From a virus (taxonomy: Duplodnaviria; Heunggongvirae; Uroviricota; Caudoviricetes), in IMG/VR virus record IMGVR_UViG_3300035698_011431, positions 64,001-86,317 of that record: DNA of 22,317 nt; one strand, written 5' to 3'. The notes beneath the pieces are model-generated. The model made no database searches. It worked only from the letters and a program-made list of their open reading frames with translations, and was not told the origin of the DNA. Below, one piece after another: positions 1 to 7,853 of this stretch (position 1 is its first letter; every line of letters begins with the position of its first letter). A program made the translations under genes and the position numbers.

Positions 1-639
1 AAGATAAAGAAGTATACAACCTTAGCAGATCAAGTAATTTATCAATCTAAATGGGCAAAGACACATATTGCATGGGGAGAAATACCAAGTAATGGGATAG
101 TAATAACAAATGGAGTAAATCAAGACATATTCAATACGAATGGAGGCGTAAGAGACTTTACAGGAGGTAAGAAGTATAAAGGGGTATATTTGATCCTTAT
201 AAGTAGCTCTGACCCATGTAAGCGATTACATGAGTCATTGCACATATTTGAGCAAACACATAAAAGGACCATAGAAGAAAGTTTTGATCCTGTTAAACTA
301 ATTATTGCTGGAAGGTTACCGGATGAATATCATGTAAGGAAAATGGAATCCAATTGGGATTTTGTAAGAGGGGAAGAGAATGAATACATAGGAGAATTAC
401 ATAGTGCTGAAGAGGTGGCTAAAGTAATGAGAGGGTGTACACATTTATTATTCCCTAGCTACAATGATGCTGCTCCGAATACAGTATTAGAGGCAAGAGC
501 ATGTGGATTGGATGTAATTTATAGTCAAACGGGTGGAACGCCTCAGGTTGCAAGTTTAGAAGGATATAAGATGGGATTGAACGTTATGGTTGAAAATTAT
601 TTTAAATGTTTCGAAAATGTATTAAAAAAACAATGGTAA
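1..639 (+). CDS. GT-B (GT4-like) glycosyltransferase, 5'-truncated by the window edge
   Basis: Frame of ORF 190..639 is open back to base 1 (KIKKYTTLADQVIYQSKWAK...ITNGVNQDIF). C-terminal FPSYNDAAPNTVLEARACGLDVI matches the GT4 E/D-X7-E motif. Confidence 0.8.
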   Translation, partial: KIKKYTTLADQVIYQSKWAKTHIAWGEIPSNGIVITNGVNQDIFNTNGGVRDFTGGKKYKGVYLILISSSDPCKRLHESLHIFEQTHKRTIEESFDPVKLIIAGRLPDEYHVRKMESNWDFVRGEENEYIGELHSAEEVAKVMRGCTHLLFPSYNDAAPNTVLEARACGLDVIYSQTGGTPQVASLEGYKMGLNVMVENYFKCFENVLKKQW

Positions 640-854
640 AGTATTGTAAAAATTGTGCTTATTTCAAACGGGACTTAGATCCAGACATGATTTCTGATGA
701 TAATAGTATATGTAAAGCTACTGAAAATGTTAGCGAAGATATAGGAGATCCGTATGGATATGGGGAAGGGATTCAAGCTTATCATCCCAAGATATTGAAT
801 GCGAATAACAACTGCAAATATTATAAAGTTAAATGGTGGAAAATTTGGATATGA
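633..854 (+). CDS. Small Cys-rich protein (CxxC...C...C) with aromatic/basic C-terminus
   Basis: MVKYCKNCAYF...NNNCKYYKVKWWKIWI. ATG 633 overlaps the upstream stop; similar to 3041..3235. Confidence 0.65.
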   Translation: MVKYCKNCAYFKRDLDPDMISDDNSICKATENVSEDIGDPYGYGEGIQAYHPKILNANNNCKYYKVKWWKIWI

Positions 855-1150
855 AAATACCTAGAACGATATTAATAGGGAATAGTGATTATAAAATCAT
901 TCGAAAAGATTGGGTTTTTAATAAGGTGTTAGGTGGAGAGATAAATTATGATGCAAAAACAATTAAAATCCGAAAAGGAGACAAGGGGATTATGGAGGAT
1001 ACTTTTTTTCACGAAATGGCACATGGGGTAATGAAAGAAATGGAGTATAATTATCCTCAAGTAACAAAATATAGGAATGATGATGATTTTATACAAGAAT
1101 TAGGGTTAACATTACGCAAAACATTTAAAAGCTTATTAGATAATCAATGA
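851..1150 (+). CDS. Small HExxH zincin-like putative metallopeptidase
   Basis: DTFFHEMAHGVM motif preceded by GEINYDAKTIKI; ATG 851 forms an ATGA overlap with the previous stop. Confidence 0.6.
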   Translation: MKIPRTILIGNSDYKIIRKDWVFNKVLGGEINYDAKTIKIRKGDKGIMEDTFFHEMAHGVMKEMEYNYPQVTKYRNDDDFIQELGLTLRKTFKSLLDNQ

Positions 1151-1320
1151 AGCAAATTATAGCTTATATATTAATAAGCCCAATAATTTTCATGATAAGT
1201 TGGGTATTATTTGAAAGGATAATGAAAAGATTAAAACAAGACATTCATGATTGGGCATATATAGCAGTCCCAACATCGATTGTATTAGCAGGATTAGCAT
1301 TAATAGTTTTATCCTTATGA
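1147..1320 (+). CDS. 57-aa two-transmembrane protein (not in the ORF track)
   Basis: MKQIIAYILISPIIFMISWVLFERIMKRLKQDIHDWAYIAVPTSIVLAGLALIVLSL*. ATGA overlaps at both ends (1147-1150 and 1317-1320). Confidence 0.75.
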   Translation: MKQIIAYILISPIIFMISWVLFERIMKRLKQDIHDWAYIAVPTSIVLAGLALIVLSL

Positions 1321-1958
1321 GTTTTTACAGAAATCAATTAGAACAATATTTATCGGAACTGGAAATTAGATGCAATCGTGTACTTGATTGTGGAGGCTCA
1401 GCAAATCCTGTGAATAAAAGAGTTAAATTTTGGGACGTAAAAGACTATAAGATCTTAGATAACAACAACGAAAAAGGATGGCACGATAAATGGAATGAGC
1501 CTGATTATATAATAGATTTGGAAGATATTTGGGAGAATCATGATAGTGAAAATGGATATGAAAATGATCTTGTTGATAAGTTTAGAGGGGAAAGGTTTAA
1601 TTATATTTTTTGTTTAGAGGTTTTTGAATATCTAAGCGATTTTGATCCCTTATTAAATGCCTTCCATGAACTTTTAATTAAGGATAAGAAATATGAGGGA
1701 GGGATATTATATATATCTATTTGCGAAAAATATCCCGTACATAATCCAATCGAGAGTGATTCAAGTAGGCTAACAAAAAAAGGATTTGAGAAGTTGATAA
1801 AGCATCAATTTAAAATATTAGAATGTATCCCCCGCAATTATTCACCAGAAGCCTTTGCTCACATACAAGAAGCATGGAGGATAGATGGACTTAGAGCGGC
1901 GAAACATTTCAAAGGGCATGAGGCAATTGGACATATTTGGAAGCTTAAAAAGATATGA
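1317..1958 (+). CDS. Class I SAM-dependent methyltransferase-like protein
   Basis: VLDCGGS (motif I variant), FNYIFCLEVFEYL, HNPIESDSSRLTKKG. Start moved from 1251 to ATG 1317 because of the upstream coupled ORF. Confidence 0.7.
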   Translation: MSFYRNQLEQYLSELEIRCNRVLDCGGSANPVNKRVKFWDVKDYKILDNNNEKGWHDKWNEPDYIIDLEDIWENHDSENGYENDLVDKFRGERFNYIFCLEVFEYLSDFDPLLNAFHELLIKDKKYEGGILYISICEKYPVHNPIESDSSRLTKKGFEKLIKHQFKILECIPRNYSPEAFAHIQEAWRIDGLRAAKHFKGHEAIGHIWKLKKI

Positions 1959-2248
1959 AAACCGAACTAAGTAAATATATAGAATCGAATATAAAAGCAA
2001 TCGAAGATCCAAAGTTTAGGGGTGACGCTATTCCAACTTGGAAAGGGAATAATGAGTTTATTTATAACAATTTAATGGCAGAAGATATAATTGGATTCAT
2101 GGGAAAAGATAAGAATAAGGTGATAAAAAAGGCTTATTTAGTGTTAAGGGACGGTGAAGTAATTAAGGCGTATAAAGACAAAGCCAGTGCTTTAAATAAT
2201 ATGGAAGGAGGGAATAAATTGCAAACTATTAAGTTCCAAGGATTGTAA
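1955..2248 (+). CDS. Hypothetical protein
   Basis: 97-aa ORF, ATGA-coupled to upstream gene; no motif recognised. Confidence 0.6.
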   Translation: MKTELSKYIESNIKAIEDPKFRGDAIPTWKGNNEFIYNNLMAEDIIGFMGKDKNKVIKKAYLVLRDGEVIKAYKDKASALNNMEGGNKLQTIKFQGL

Positions 2249-2289
2249 AGACCATAGTCTGCGAGAGATATATTTAAATTAAAGAAAAT

Positions 2290-2559
2290 ATGAAATCAAT
2301 GTGTTTAAAAGATTGGAAATCAATGAGTTTCCAAGAGAAGTGGGATTTATATCAAGAATGTTATAAAAAGGCGGTTGTAAGGGTAATGGATAAGGTAGCA
2401 TCTATAAAAGGCAAGAAGATAACCGAAGAGGAGTTTAATGAGAAATTATCCAAACAACAAATGAAGGAATTATTTAAAGTAATAGATATACGGGATTCTT
2501 ATGAATATAAGAACGCAAATAAACACAAGAAAAAGGAATTATTAGAAGAATATAGATGA
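2290..2559 (+). CDS. Hypothetical helical, Lys/Glu-rich protein
   Basis: 89-aa ORF with A-rich leader, ATGA-coupled to next gene. Confidence 0.6.
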   Translation: MKSMCLKDWKSMSFQEKWDLYQECYKKAVVRVMDKVASIKGKKITEEEFNEKLSKQQMKELFKVIDIRDSYEYKNANKHKKKELLEEYR

Positions 2560-3032
2560 ATCCAATGATGTCTGACAAAGAAATAGCCTTGATTGATAAT
2601 CTCTTAAAAGAAAGACAACCTAAGTATTGTTTGGAGTTAGGGGCGGGAGGATCAACGTTACATTTCTCTAGTGCAGTTAATATAGAATACTGGAGATCAA
2701 TAGAGCATAATGGACATTGGTATCATAAGATAAGACCACAGATAAAAGATAATACGGATATAATATGGAATAGAGACGATAAAGAGGACACATATTTCAA
2801 AGAGGCATTGTTATACAAATATGATTTCGTATTGATAGATGGGTTAAATAGGACAAGAGCCATTGAGCTACTACCGGAATTACTGAACAAAGGAGGTTGG
2901 GCATTACTACATGACTCTGGAAGAGAAGAGTATAAAGATGTAAATAAGAAAGGGGAGGTCTTAATAGAAGGGGAGAAGAAACTAGACAATGGGTTTTATG
3001 CACATAGAGGATTAACATTATTTATTAATTAG
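2556..3032 (+). CDS. Class I SAM-dependent methyltransferase (Methyltransf_24-like)
   Basis: CLELGAGGST motif I, SIEHNGHW motif II, YDFVLIDGLNR, ALLHDSGR. Confidence 0.8.
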   Translation: MNPMMSDKEIALIDNLLKERQPKYCLELGAGGSTLHFSSAVNIEYWRSIEHNGHWYHKIRPQIKDNTDIIWNRDDKEDTYFKEALLYKYDFVLIDGLNRTRAIELLPELLNKGGWALLHDSGREEYKDVNKKGEVLIEGEKKLDNGFYAHRGLTLFIN

Positions 3033-3040
3033 ATAAACAA

Positions 3041-3235
3041 ATGAAAACTTATTGTGAAAACTGTAGATATGACAAATTTACTGCAATCCATTGTATTAAG
3101 TGTTTAGAATTAGCGAGGAGTAATGGAGTTAAAAGTATTATAAGAGAAGATCATGATTATGATACAGTTACCTTAAATAAAAACAACGATTGTAAGCACT
3201 ACAAACGTAAATGGTATAAATTCTGGGTTAAATGA
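3041..3235 (+). CDS. Small Cys-rich protein, probable paralogue of 633..854
   Basis: MKTYCENCRY...NKNNDCKHYKRKWYKFWVK. Confidence 0.65.
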   Translation: MKTYCENCRYDKFTAIHCIKCLELARSNGVKSIIREDHDYDTVTLNKNNDCKHYKRKWYKFWVK

Positions 3236-3430
3236 ATGATGAATTGTAAGAATTGTAAATATAGACTTGATTATACTGATAATCATGATTGGGGAACATG
3301 TGAAAATGATAAAGTTGATCTTATGTTCGAGATCGAAGATAAAGACAAGGAATTTATAAGCTTAAAGGCTGGTAGGATTAATAAAGGTTTTGGATGTATA
3401 TATTTTATTAAAAGATCTAAAGCTAAATAA
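3236..3430 (+). CDS. Small Cys-rich protein (CxxC...C...C)
   Basis: MMNCKNCKY...WGTCEN...GFGCIYF; abuts both neighbours with zero gap. Confidence 0.65.
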   Translation: MMNCKNCKYRLDYTDNHDWGTCENDKVDLMFEIEDKDKEFISLKAGRINKGFGCIYFIKRSKAK

Positions 3431-4537
3431 ATGATTAAAATAAACTACAACTCAAAGAAGAGTAAGAAGGGAGCAAAGCATTGCTTTATTTATCGTGGAC
3501 CAAAGATGGAAGAGATCAAGAAAGCTCTAGGTAGGGAGAATCAAGACTTGTGTTTAAAGGTCTTCTTTGATCAAGACAAATTAGACAACTGGGGAGATAA
3601 TCCTAATGGAGACAATCCGAAACATAACACAACAATAAAAGAAGCTACTCAAATACAGAACATATGCTGGTATCATGGATTAGCTCCAAGAGTTTATCAG
3701 ACATTACAAATAGAATGGATAGGGCAATACATAAGAAAGAACGCCAACAAAACTATTATAGGAGAGAATAAGATTTGTGATGCACAGGTAACTGATGATC
3801 TTGGAGAAACTACTGGAACAATTGAAGACTGTCAAAAGATTTGTGGAGAGATAGATAAACTAGGCAAAGAGTATGGGTGGGTATCGAATAGTGCTGAATA
3901 TAAGGGAGCTGACATTATTGGAGGAAAGTTTGTAGACTTCCAGACATTTAATTTAATAGATGATTATAAAGAAAAGATTAAGGATAAATATATAGAATAT
4001 GGAACTTACGGAAAGAAGTATTATCATAACGTACCCGAATTAGATCTTAATGGATGCCCTAGGGAGAATGAGAATAGGGTTAAATGGTTGGGTTTGGATA
4101 AGGTAGATTTTAAGGGGAAGGTAGTTATTGATTATGGATGTGCTAATGGATGGTTTTGTAGGTATATGGATTCAAGAGGAAGTTTAATTGTTAGGGGGGT
4201 TGATACTAAGAATGATTCAATGAAAGATCCAGGCAAGGCGTTCTTTTTAGTGAATAATTATCTAGGTCATTATAATATTAGATTCTCTTATAGAGATTTG
4301 AATAACATATCAGAAGGATCGGGTGATTATGATATAGCATTATTCCTAAGCATGGCTTATCACATTAAAGATATAGGTTTTTTGTCAGACGCCGCAGAGC
4401 TAGTAATAGTAGAAGACAACTCAAAGAACAGAGACGCAAAAGAGAAACTAGAGAAGTTATTTAGCAGGGTAGAACATAAAGGCTTTACTGAGGATAGAAA
4501 CAATTCACATTTGCCAATTTATTATTGTTATAAATAA
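3431..4537 (+). CDS. Fusion of an N-terminal protein-kinase-like domain and a C-terminal class I methyltransferase (WbdD/CmoB-like)
   Basis: Kinase-like: GAKHCFIY, LCLKVF, EATQIQ...HGLAPRVY, KFVDF. Methyltransferase: FKGKVVIDYGCANGWF...RGVD...DYDIALFLSMAYHI. Confidence 0.72.
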   Translation: MIKINYNSKKSKKGAKHCFIYRGPKMEEIKKALGRENQDLCLKVFFDQDKLDNWGDNPNGDNPKHNTTIKEATQIQNICWYHGLAPRVYQTLQIEWIGQYIRKNANKTIIGENKICDAQVTDDLGETTGTIEDCQKICGEIDKLGKEYGWVSNSAEYKGADIIGGKFVDFQTFNLIDDYKEKIKDKYIEYGTYGKKYYHNVPELDLNGCPRENENRVKWLGLDKVDFKGKVVIDYGCANGWFCRYMDSRGSLIVRGVDTKNDSMKDPGKAFFLVNNYLGHYNIRFSYRDLNNISEGSGDYDIALFLSMAYHIKDIGFLSDAAELVIVEDNSKNRDAKEKLEKLFSRVEHKGFTEDRNNSHLPIYYCYK

Positions 4538-4540
4538 ATT

Positions 4541-4750
4541 ATGAAACAAGTACCATTAACTATAAATTATGATCAAAATCCAATAGGCAAAGTTGAATTT
4601 GATGAGAAAGTAGAAAAGCTATTGGCGAGTCATAAATATATTATAGCCCCAGGATTTATAATAAAAGGACAAAATGCTAAAGGGGAAATTAAGGAAATGG
4701 AATTGGTGGAATTATCTATTATTCCGTGGGAGAAATATAATAAAGAATAA
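4541..4750 (+). CDS. 69-aa protein resembling a miniaturised, catalytically dead HK97-type prohead protease
   Basis: VPLTINYDQNPIG and IIAPGF...ELVELSIIP echo the protease N- and C-terminal motifs. The ORF is well supported; the family call is weak. Confidence 0.45.
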   Translation: MKQVPLTINYDQNPIGKVEFDEKVEKLLASHKYIIAPGFIIKGQNAKGEIKEMELVELSIIPWEKYNKE

Positions 4751-5434
4751 ATGAATATAGGAATAATAATATTATATTCAGGGGAAAGGCTATTACAGAA
4801 ATGTTTAGATTCAGTAAAGGATCAATGCAAGAATATTATAATTGTGAGTAATATAAGTCCTTATCATAATGCAATCAATGAATGCTTTAGATTAGGAGTA
4901 AAGAACTTTGATTGGTTTATAGTATTAGATGCGGACACAACTTTAAAAGAAAATGTACTGGAAAGCTATCAAGAGATTATGGAAGACAATTTGTGGTGCA
5001 TTACAGGGCGTCTGGAAGACTATTATCACAAGGAAGGTAGAGATGGAACTATGATGTATAATTCAAAGGTAATAGGGGATTTTAAACATACGGATGATCC
5101 TAATACAGATAGAACAATACACGGGATATTTCATGAGAAAGGATATTCTAAAAAGAAGATAGAAGAGTATGTTGGAGTACATCATCCAGAATGGACATGT
5201 GAAGAAGCATTTAAAAGACATTTCTATTTGGGTACTAGGATAGATGACATGATGGAGTGGAGTGAAAGATTAGGATTCTTGTTTAGAGAAGACGGTCGTG
5301 ATGTGAATAAGGCTGCCTTGTTAGGGTTATATACAGGATTTTATCAACACAAAAGGCCTTTAAATTCAAAAGATGATAGTGATTGGGATAAAGTTAAAGA
5401 TCAATTTAATAATAACGAAATATTAAAATGGTAG
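4751..5434 (+). CDS. GT-A (GT2-like) glycosyltransferase
   Basis: N-terminal IGIIILYSGERLLQKCLDSV and DxD motif FIVLDAD. Confidence 0.75.
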   Translation: MNIGIIILYSGERLLQKCLDSVKDQCKNIIIVSNISPYHNAINECFRLGVKNFDWFIVLDADTTLKENVLESYQEIMEDNLWCITGRLEDYYHKEGRDGTMMYNSKVIGDFKHTDDPNTDRTIHGIFHEKGYSKKKIEEYVGVHHPEWTCEEAFKRHFYLGTRIDDMMEWSERLGFLFREDGRDVNKAALLGLYTGFYQHKRPLNSKDDSDWDKVKDQFNNNEILKW

Positions 5435-6090
5435 TTAAAGAAACGACATATAAAGGAACTAGGATATTATATCAAGAAGAGGCATGGCAGAAAAGGGTAA
5501 TGATAAATACATTTGTAGAATATTTATTAAAGGCTGGATTCGATGAAATCAGTATACCAATAATACAGTATCAGGAAATTTTTAAAGCTAAAGTAGGGGA
5601 AGAGAATAATAATTTAATGTTTAAATTTAAAGATCGTGGACATAGGGACTTATGTTTAGCCCCTGAATATACAGCCATAATCCAGAAACTTAGTCAGGGA
5701 ATATTTAGAAAAGGAAAAGATGTGAAACTGTTTTATATTCAAGAATGTTTTAGAGGGGAGAAACCACAAGCAGGTAGATATAGACAATTTACACAACTCG
5801 GCGTTGAGATTTTGCATCCTAAATGTGATTATACTGAGGATTTACTATCATTGGCAGAAAACTTATTAAAGGTAATAGGGATTGGAGGTTATAATATAAA
5901 TAGAGATCAAAAGAGGGGGCTTGATTATTATAAAGATGGCAAAGGGTTCGAAATTGAATATTCAGATCTGGGTACTCAGAAACAAATCATTGGAGGTGGT
6001 CAATATGAAGGCGGAACAGGTTTCGCAATAGGTGTCGATAGATTATTAGAAATAAAATTAGACAAATGCAAAGAACACGAGAACAAATAA
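5428..6090 (+). CDS. hisS: Minimal histidyl-tRNA synthetase-like protein (catalytic core only)
   Basis: KGTR N-terminus, LAPEYTA, motif 2 FRGEKPQAGRYRQFTQLGVE, RGLDYY, GGGQYEGG, motif 3 GFAIGVDRL. Insertion domain and anticodon-binding domain absent. Confidence 0.9.
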   Translation: MVVKETTYKGTRILYQEEAWQKRVMINTFVEYLLKAGFDEISIPIIQYQEIFKAKVGEENNNLMFKFKDRGHRDLCLAPEYTAIIQKLSQGIFRKGKDVKLFYIQECFRGEKPQAGRYRQFTQLGVEILHPKCDYTEDLLSLAENLLKVIGIGGYNINRDQKRGLDYYKDGKGFEIEYSDLGTQKQIIGGGQYEGGTGFAIGVDRLLEIKLDKCKEHENK

Positions 6091-6632
6091 TAAATACTAG
6101 ATATCAAGATGATTTCGAAGTAGCTAAATGGATTGATCAAAATATCAAAGGAAAATCTATTGGAGATTTGGGTTGTGGTTGGGGTGTAATAATAAGCGGA
6201 TTAAAGAATAGAGGATGGGATGTTTGGGGGGTAGATATATCAATAGAGGGAATCGCTTCTAATGTCATAGAATGTGTTAGGTCGGTCGATTTATCAAAAG
6301 AGGTATATTTGCACAAAGCTGATATTGCAATGTCTCTAGAGGTCGCTGAGCATCTCCCAAGGGGTTCTGAGGATATCTTTATAAAGAACTTAATGAAGTT
6401 GAATGCAGAAACAATAATAATGACGGTTGCAACCCTAGGGCAAGAAGCTAAGTCTCATACAAATATAAAACCCAGAAGGATGTGGATAGAAAAGATAGAA
6501 GCACAAGGATACAAGGAGAATGAAGCAATGGAATATAAGTTTAAGAAAGATTTGGAGGGGAAATTGGAGATTAAAGCGTGGTATAGCTGGAACATTATGA
6601 TATTTAATAAAAAAATTAATGAAAAAAGATAA
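6066..6632 (+). CDS. Class I SAM-dependent methyltransferase
   Basis: IGDLGCGWG, WGVDIS, ADIAMSLEVAEHLP, ATLGQEAKSHTN. Confidence 0.85.
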   Translation: MQRTREQIINTRYQDDFEVAKWIDQNIKGKSIGDLGCGWGVIISGLKNRGWDVWGVDISIEGIASNVIECVRSVDLSKEVYLHKADIAMSLEVAEHLPRGSEDIFIKNLMKLNAETIIMTVATLGQEAKSHTNIKPRRMWIEKIEAQGYKENEAMEYKFKKDLEGKLEIKAWYSWNIMIFNKKINEKR

Positions 6633-6780
6633 ATTGTTTTATTATTCATTAGGACAGAGGGATGCGATAGCATCAGCATTGGCTATCTATGAAGGGAAAA
6701 TAAAATTAAACCATTTAGCACAGGATTATAGAAAGATTTATGGAGAAGAACATTTTAGTCATAAATGGCATACAAAATAA
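6619..6780 (+). CDS. 53-aa hypothetical protein (not in the ORF track)
   Basis: MKKDKLFYYSLGQRDAIASALAIYEGKIKLNHLAQDYRKIYGEEHFSHKWHTK*; overlaps the upstream stop and fills an otherwise unexplained gap. Confidence 0.6.
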   Translation: MKKDKLFYYSLGQRDAIASALAIYEGKIKLNHLAQDYRKIYGEEHFSHKWHTK

Positions 6781-6793
6781 CATACAGTTAAGA

Positions 6794-6799
6794 TATAAT
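6794..6799 (+). promoter_or_regulatory. Possible -10 hexamer (TATAAT) upstream of the AAA ATPase
   Basis: Perfect TATAAT in a 50-bp intergenic gap. No -35 match, and the background is AT-rich. Confidence 0.2.
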
Positions 6800-6830
6800 G
6801 ATATTTAAAAAAAAATAATTATTAATAATA

Positions 6831-7853
6831 ATGAATATAAAGCAAACTAAGAAATATTTTAAAGAGTTAATAGGTTCAAATCAACATGAGTCAATAATGT
6901 TGTGGGGAGGACCAGGGATCGGGAAGAGCCAAGGGATTAAACAAGTGGCGAAAGAATTAAATGCTGATTTAATAGATTTAAGATTATCATTATTAAACCC
7001 TGTTGATTTAAGGGGATTGCCATTTATAGATAAAGCTAAACAAGAGGCTTCATGGCTTAAGCCTACATTTTTGCCAAAAACAGATAAGTTAACAATCTTA
7101 TTCTTAGATGAAATAAATTTAGCACCTTTATCTGTTCAGTCGGCAGCTTATCAATTGATATTAGACAGAAAGATAGGGGAATATGAGGTTCCTAATAATA
7201 CTTTTATTATAGCGGCAGGGAATAGGATGGAAGACAGAGCACATGTAACAGAATTCCCGGCACCTTTGGCTAATAGATTTATACACATAAATGTTGATCC
7301 TGATTATGATTCATGGAGAGATTGGGCAGTTAAGGAGGATGTTAATGAAAAGATTATATCTTTCTTATCAAATGATCCTGAATATTTATATAAGAAACCA
7401 AAGAAAGGAATCAAGGCATTTCCTACTCCGAGGAGTTGGGAGTTTGCTAGTAAAAATTTGAAAATAGATAAGACCATGAGAAAAGAAGTATTAGGTGGGA
7501 TTATTGGAGAGGAAGCAACAAATCAATTCTATTCTTGGGTACGGATATATAAGGATTTACCAGATATAGATAAAATTTTAGATGGGAGCATGATAGATAA
7601 AAGTGGATTCTTTAAGAAGGTAGATGTACCAAGCAGAAATGATATCTTATCAACTCTTGCAATATCATTAGGATTAAGGAGTAAGGTGAATAACTTTGAT
7701 AATGTAGTTAAGTATATAGATTATATGCCTAAAGAATATCAATTGCTTTATATTAATGTAGTTTTAAATGGACAACATGAAGATAAATTCAGATTAAGTG
7801 AAGCGTGGAAAGAATGGGATAAAAAAAATAAAGATTTATTAAATGACTTATAA
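6831..7853 (+). CDS. AAA+ ATPase (MoxR/AAA_5-like)
   Basis: Walker A GGPGIGKS, Walker B ILFLDEIN, sensor AAGNR, arginine finger PAPLANRF. Confidence 0.92.
   Translation: MNIKQTKKYFKELIGSNQHESIMLWGGPGIGKSQGIKQVAKELNADLIDLRLSLLNPVDLRGLPFIDKAKQEASWLKPTFLPKTDKLTILFLDEINLAPLSVQSAAYQLILDRKIGEYEVPNNTFIIAAGNRMEDRAHVTEFPAPLANRFIHINVDPDYDSWRDWAVKEDVNEKIISFLSNDPEYLYKKPKKGIKAFPTPRSWEFASKNLKIDKTMRKEVLGGIIGEEATNQFYSWVRIYKDLPDIDKILDGSMIDKSGFFKKVDVPSRNDILSTLAISLGLRSKVNNFDNVVKYIDYMPKEYQLLYINVVLNGQHEDKFRLSEAWKEWDKKNKDLLNDL

Noticed and set aside
606-1316. ORF-track starts at 606, 833 and 1251 (also 10583 and 18491)
   Set aside because: They create long overlaps or use non-ATG codons; downstream ATGs give short stop/start overlaps consistent with the rest of the window.
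2249-2260. agac-cata-gtct mini hairpin
   Set aside because: Only 4 bp with no U-tract; expected by chance.
5428-6090. HisZ (ATP phosphoribosyltransferase regulatory subunit) call
   Set aside because: Motif 2, RGLDYY and motif 3 look catalytically intact, no hisG is nearby, and the protein is shorter than typical HisZ.
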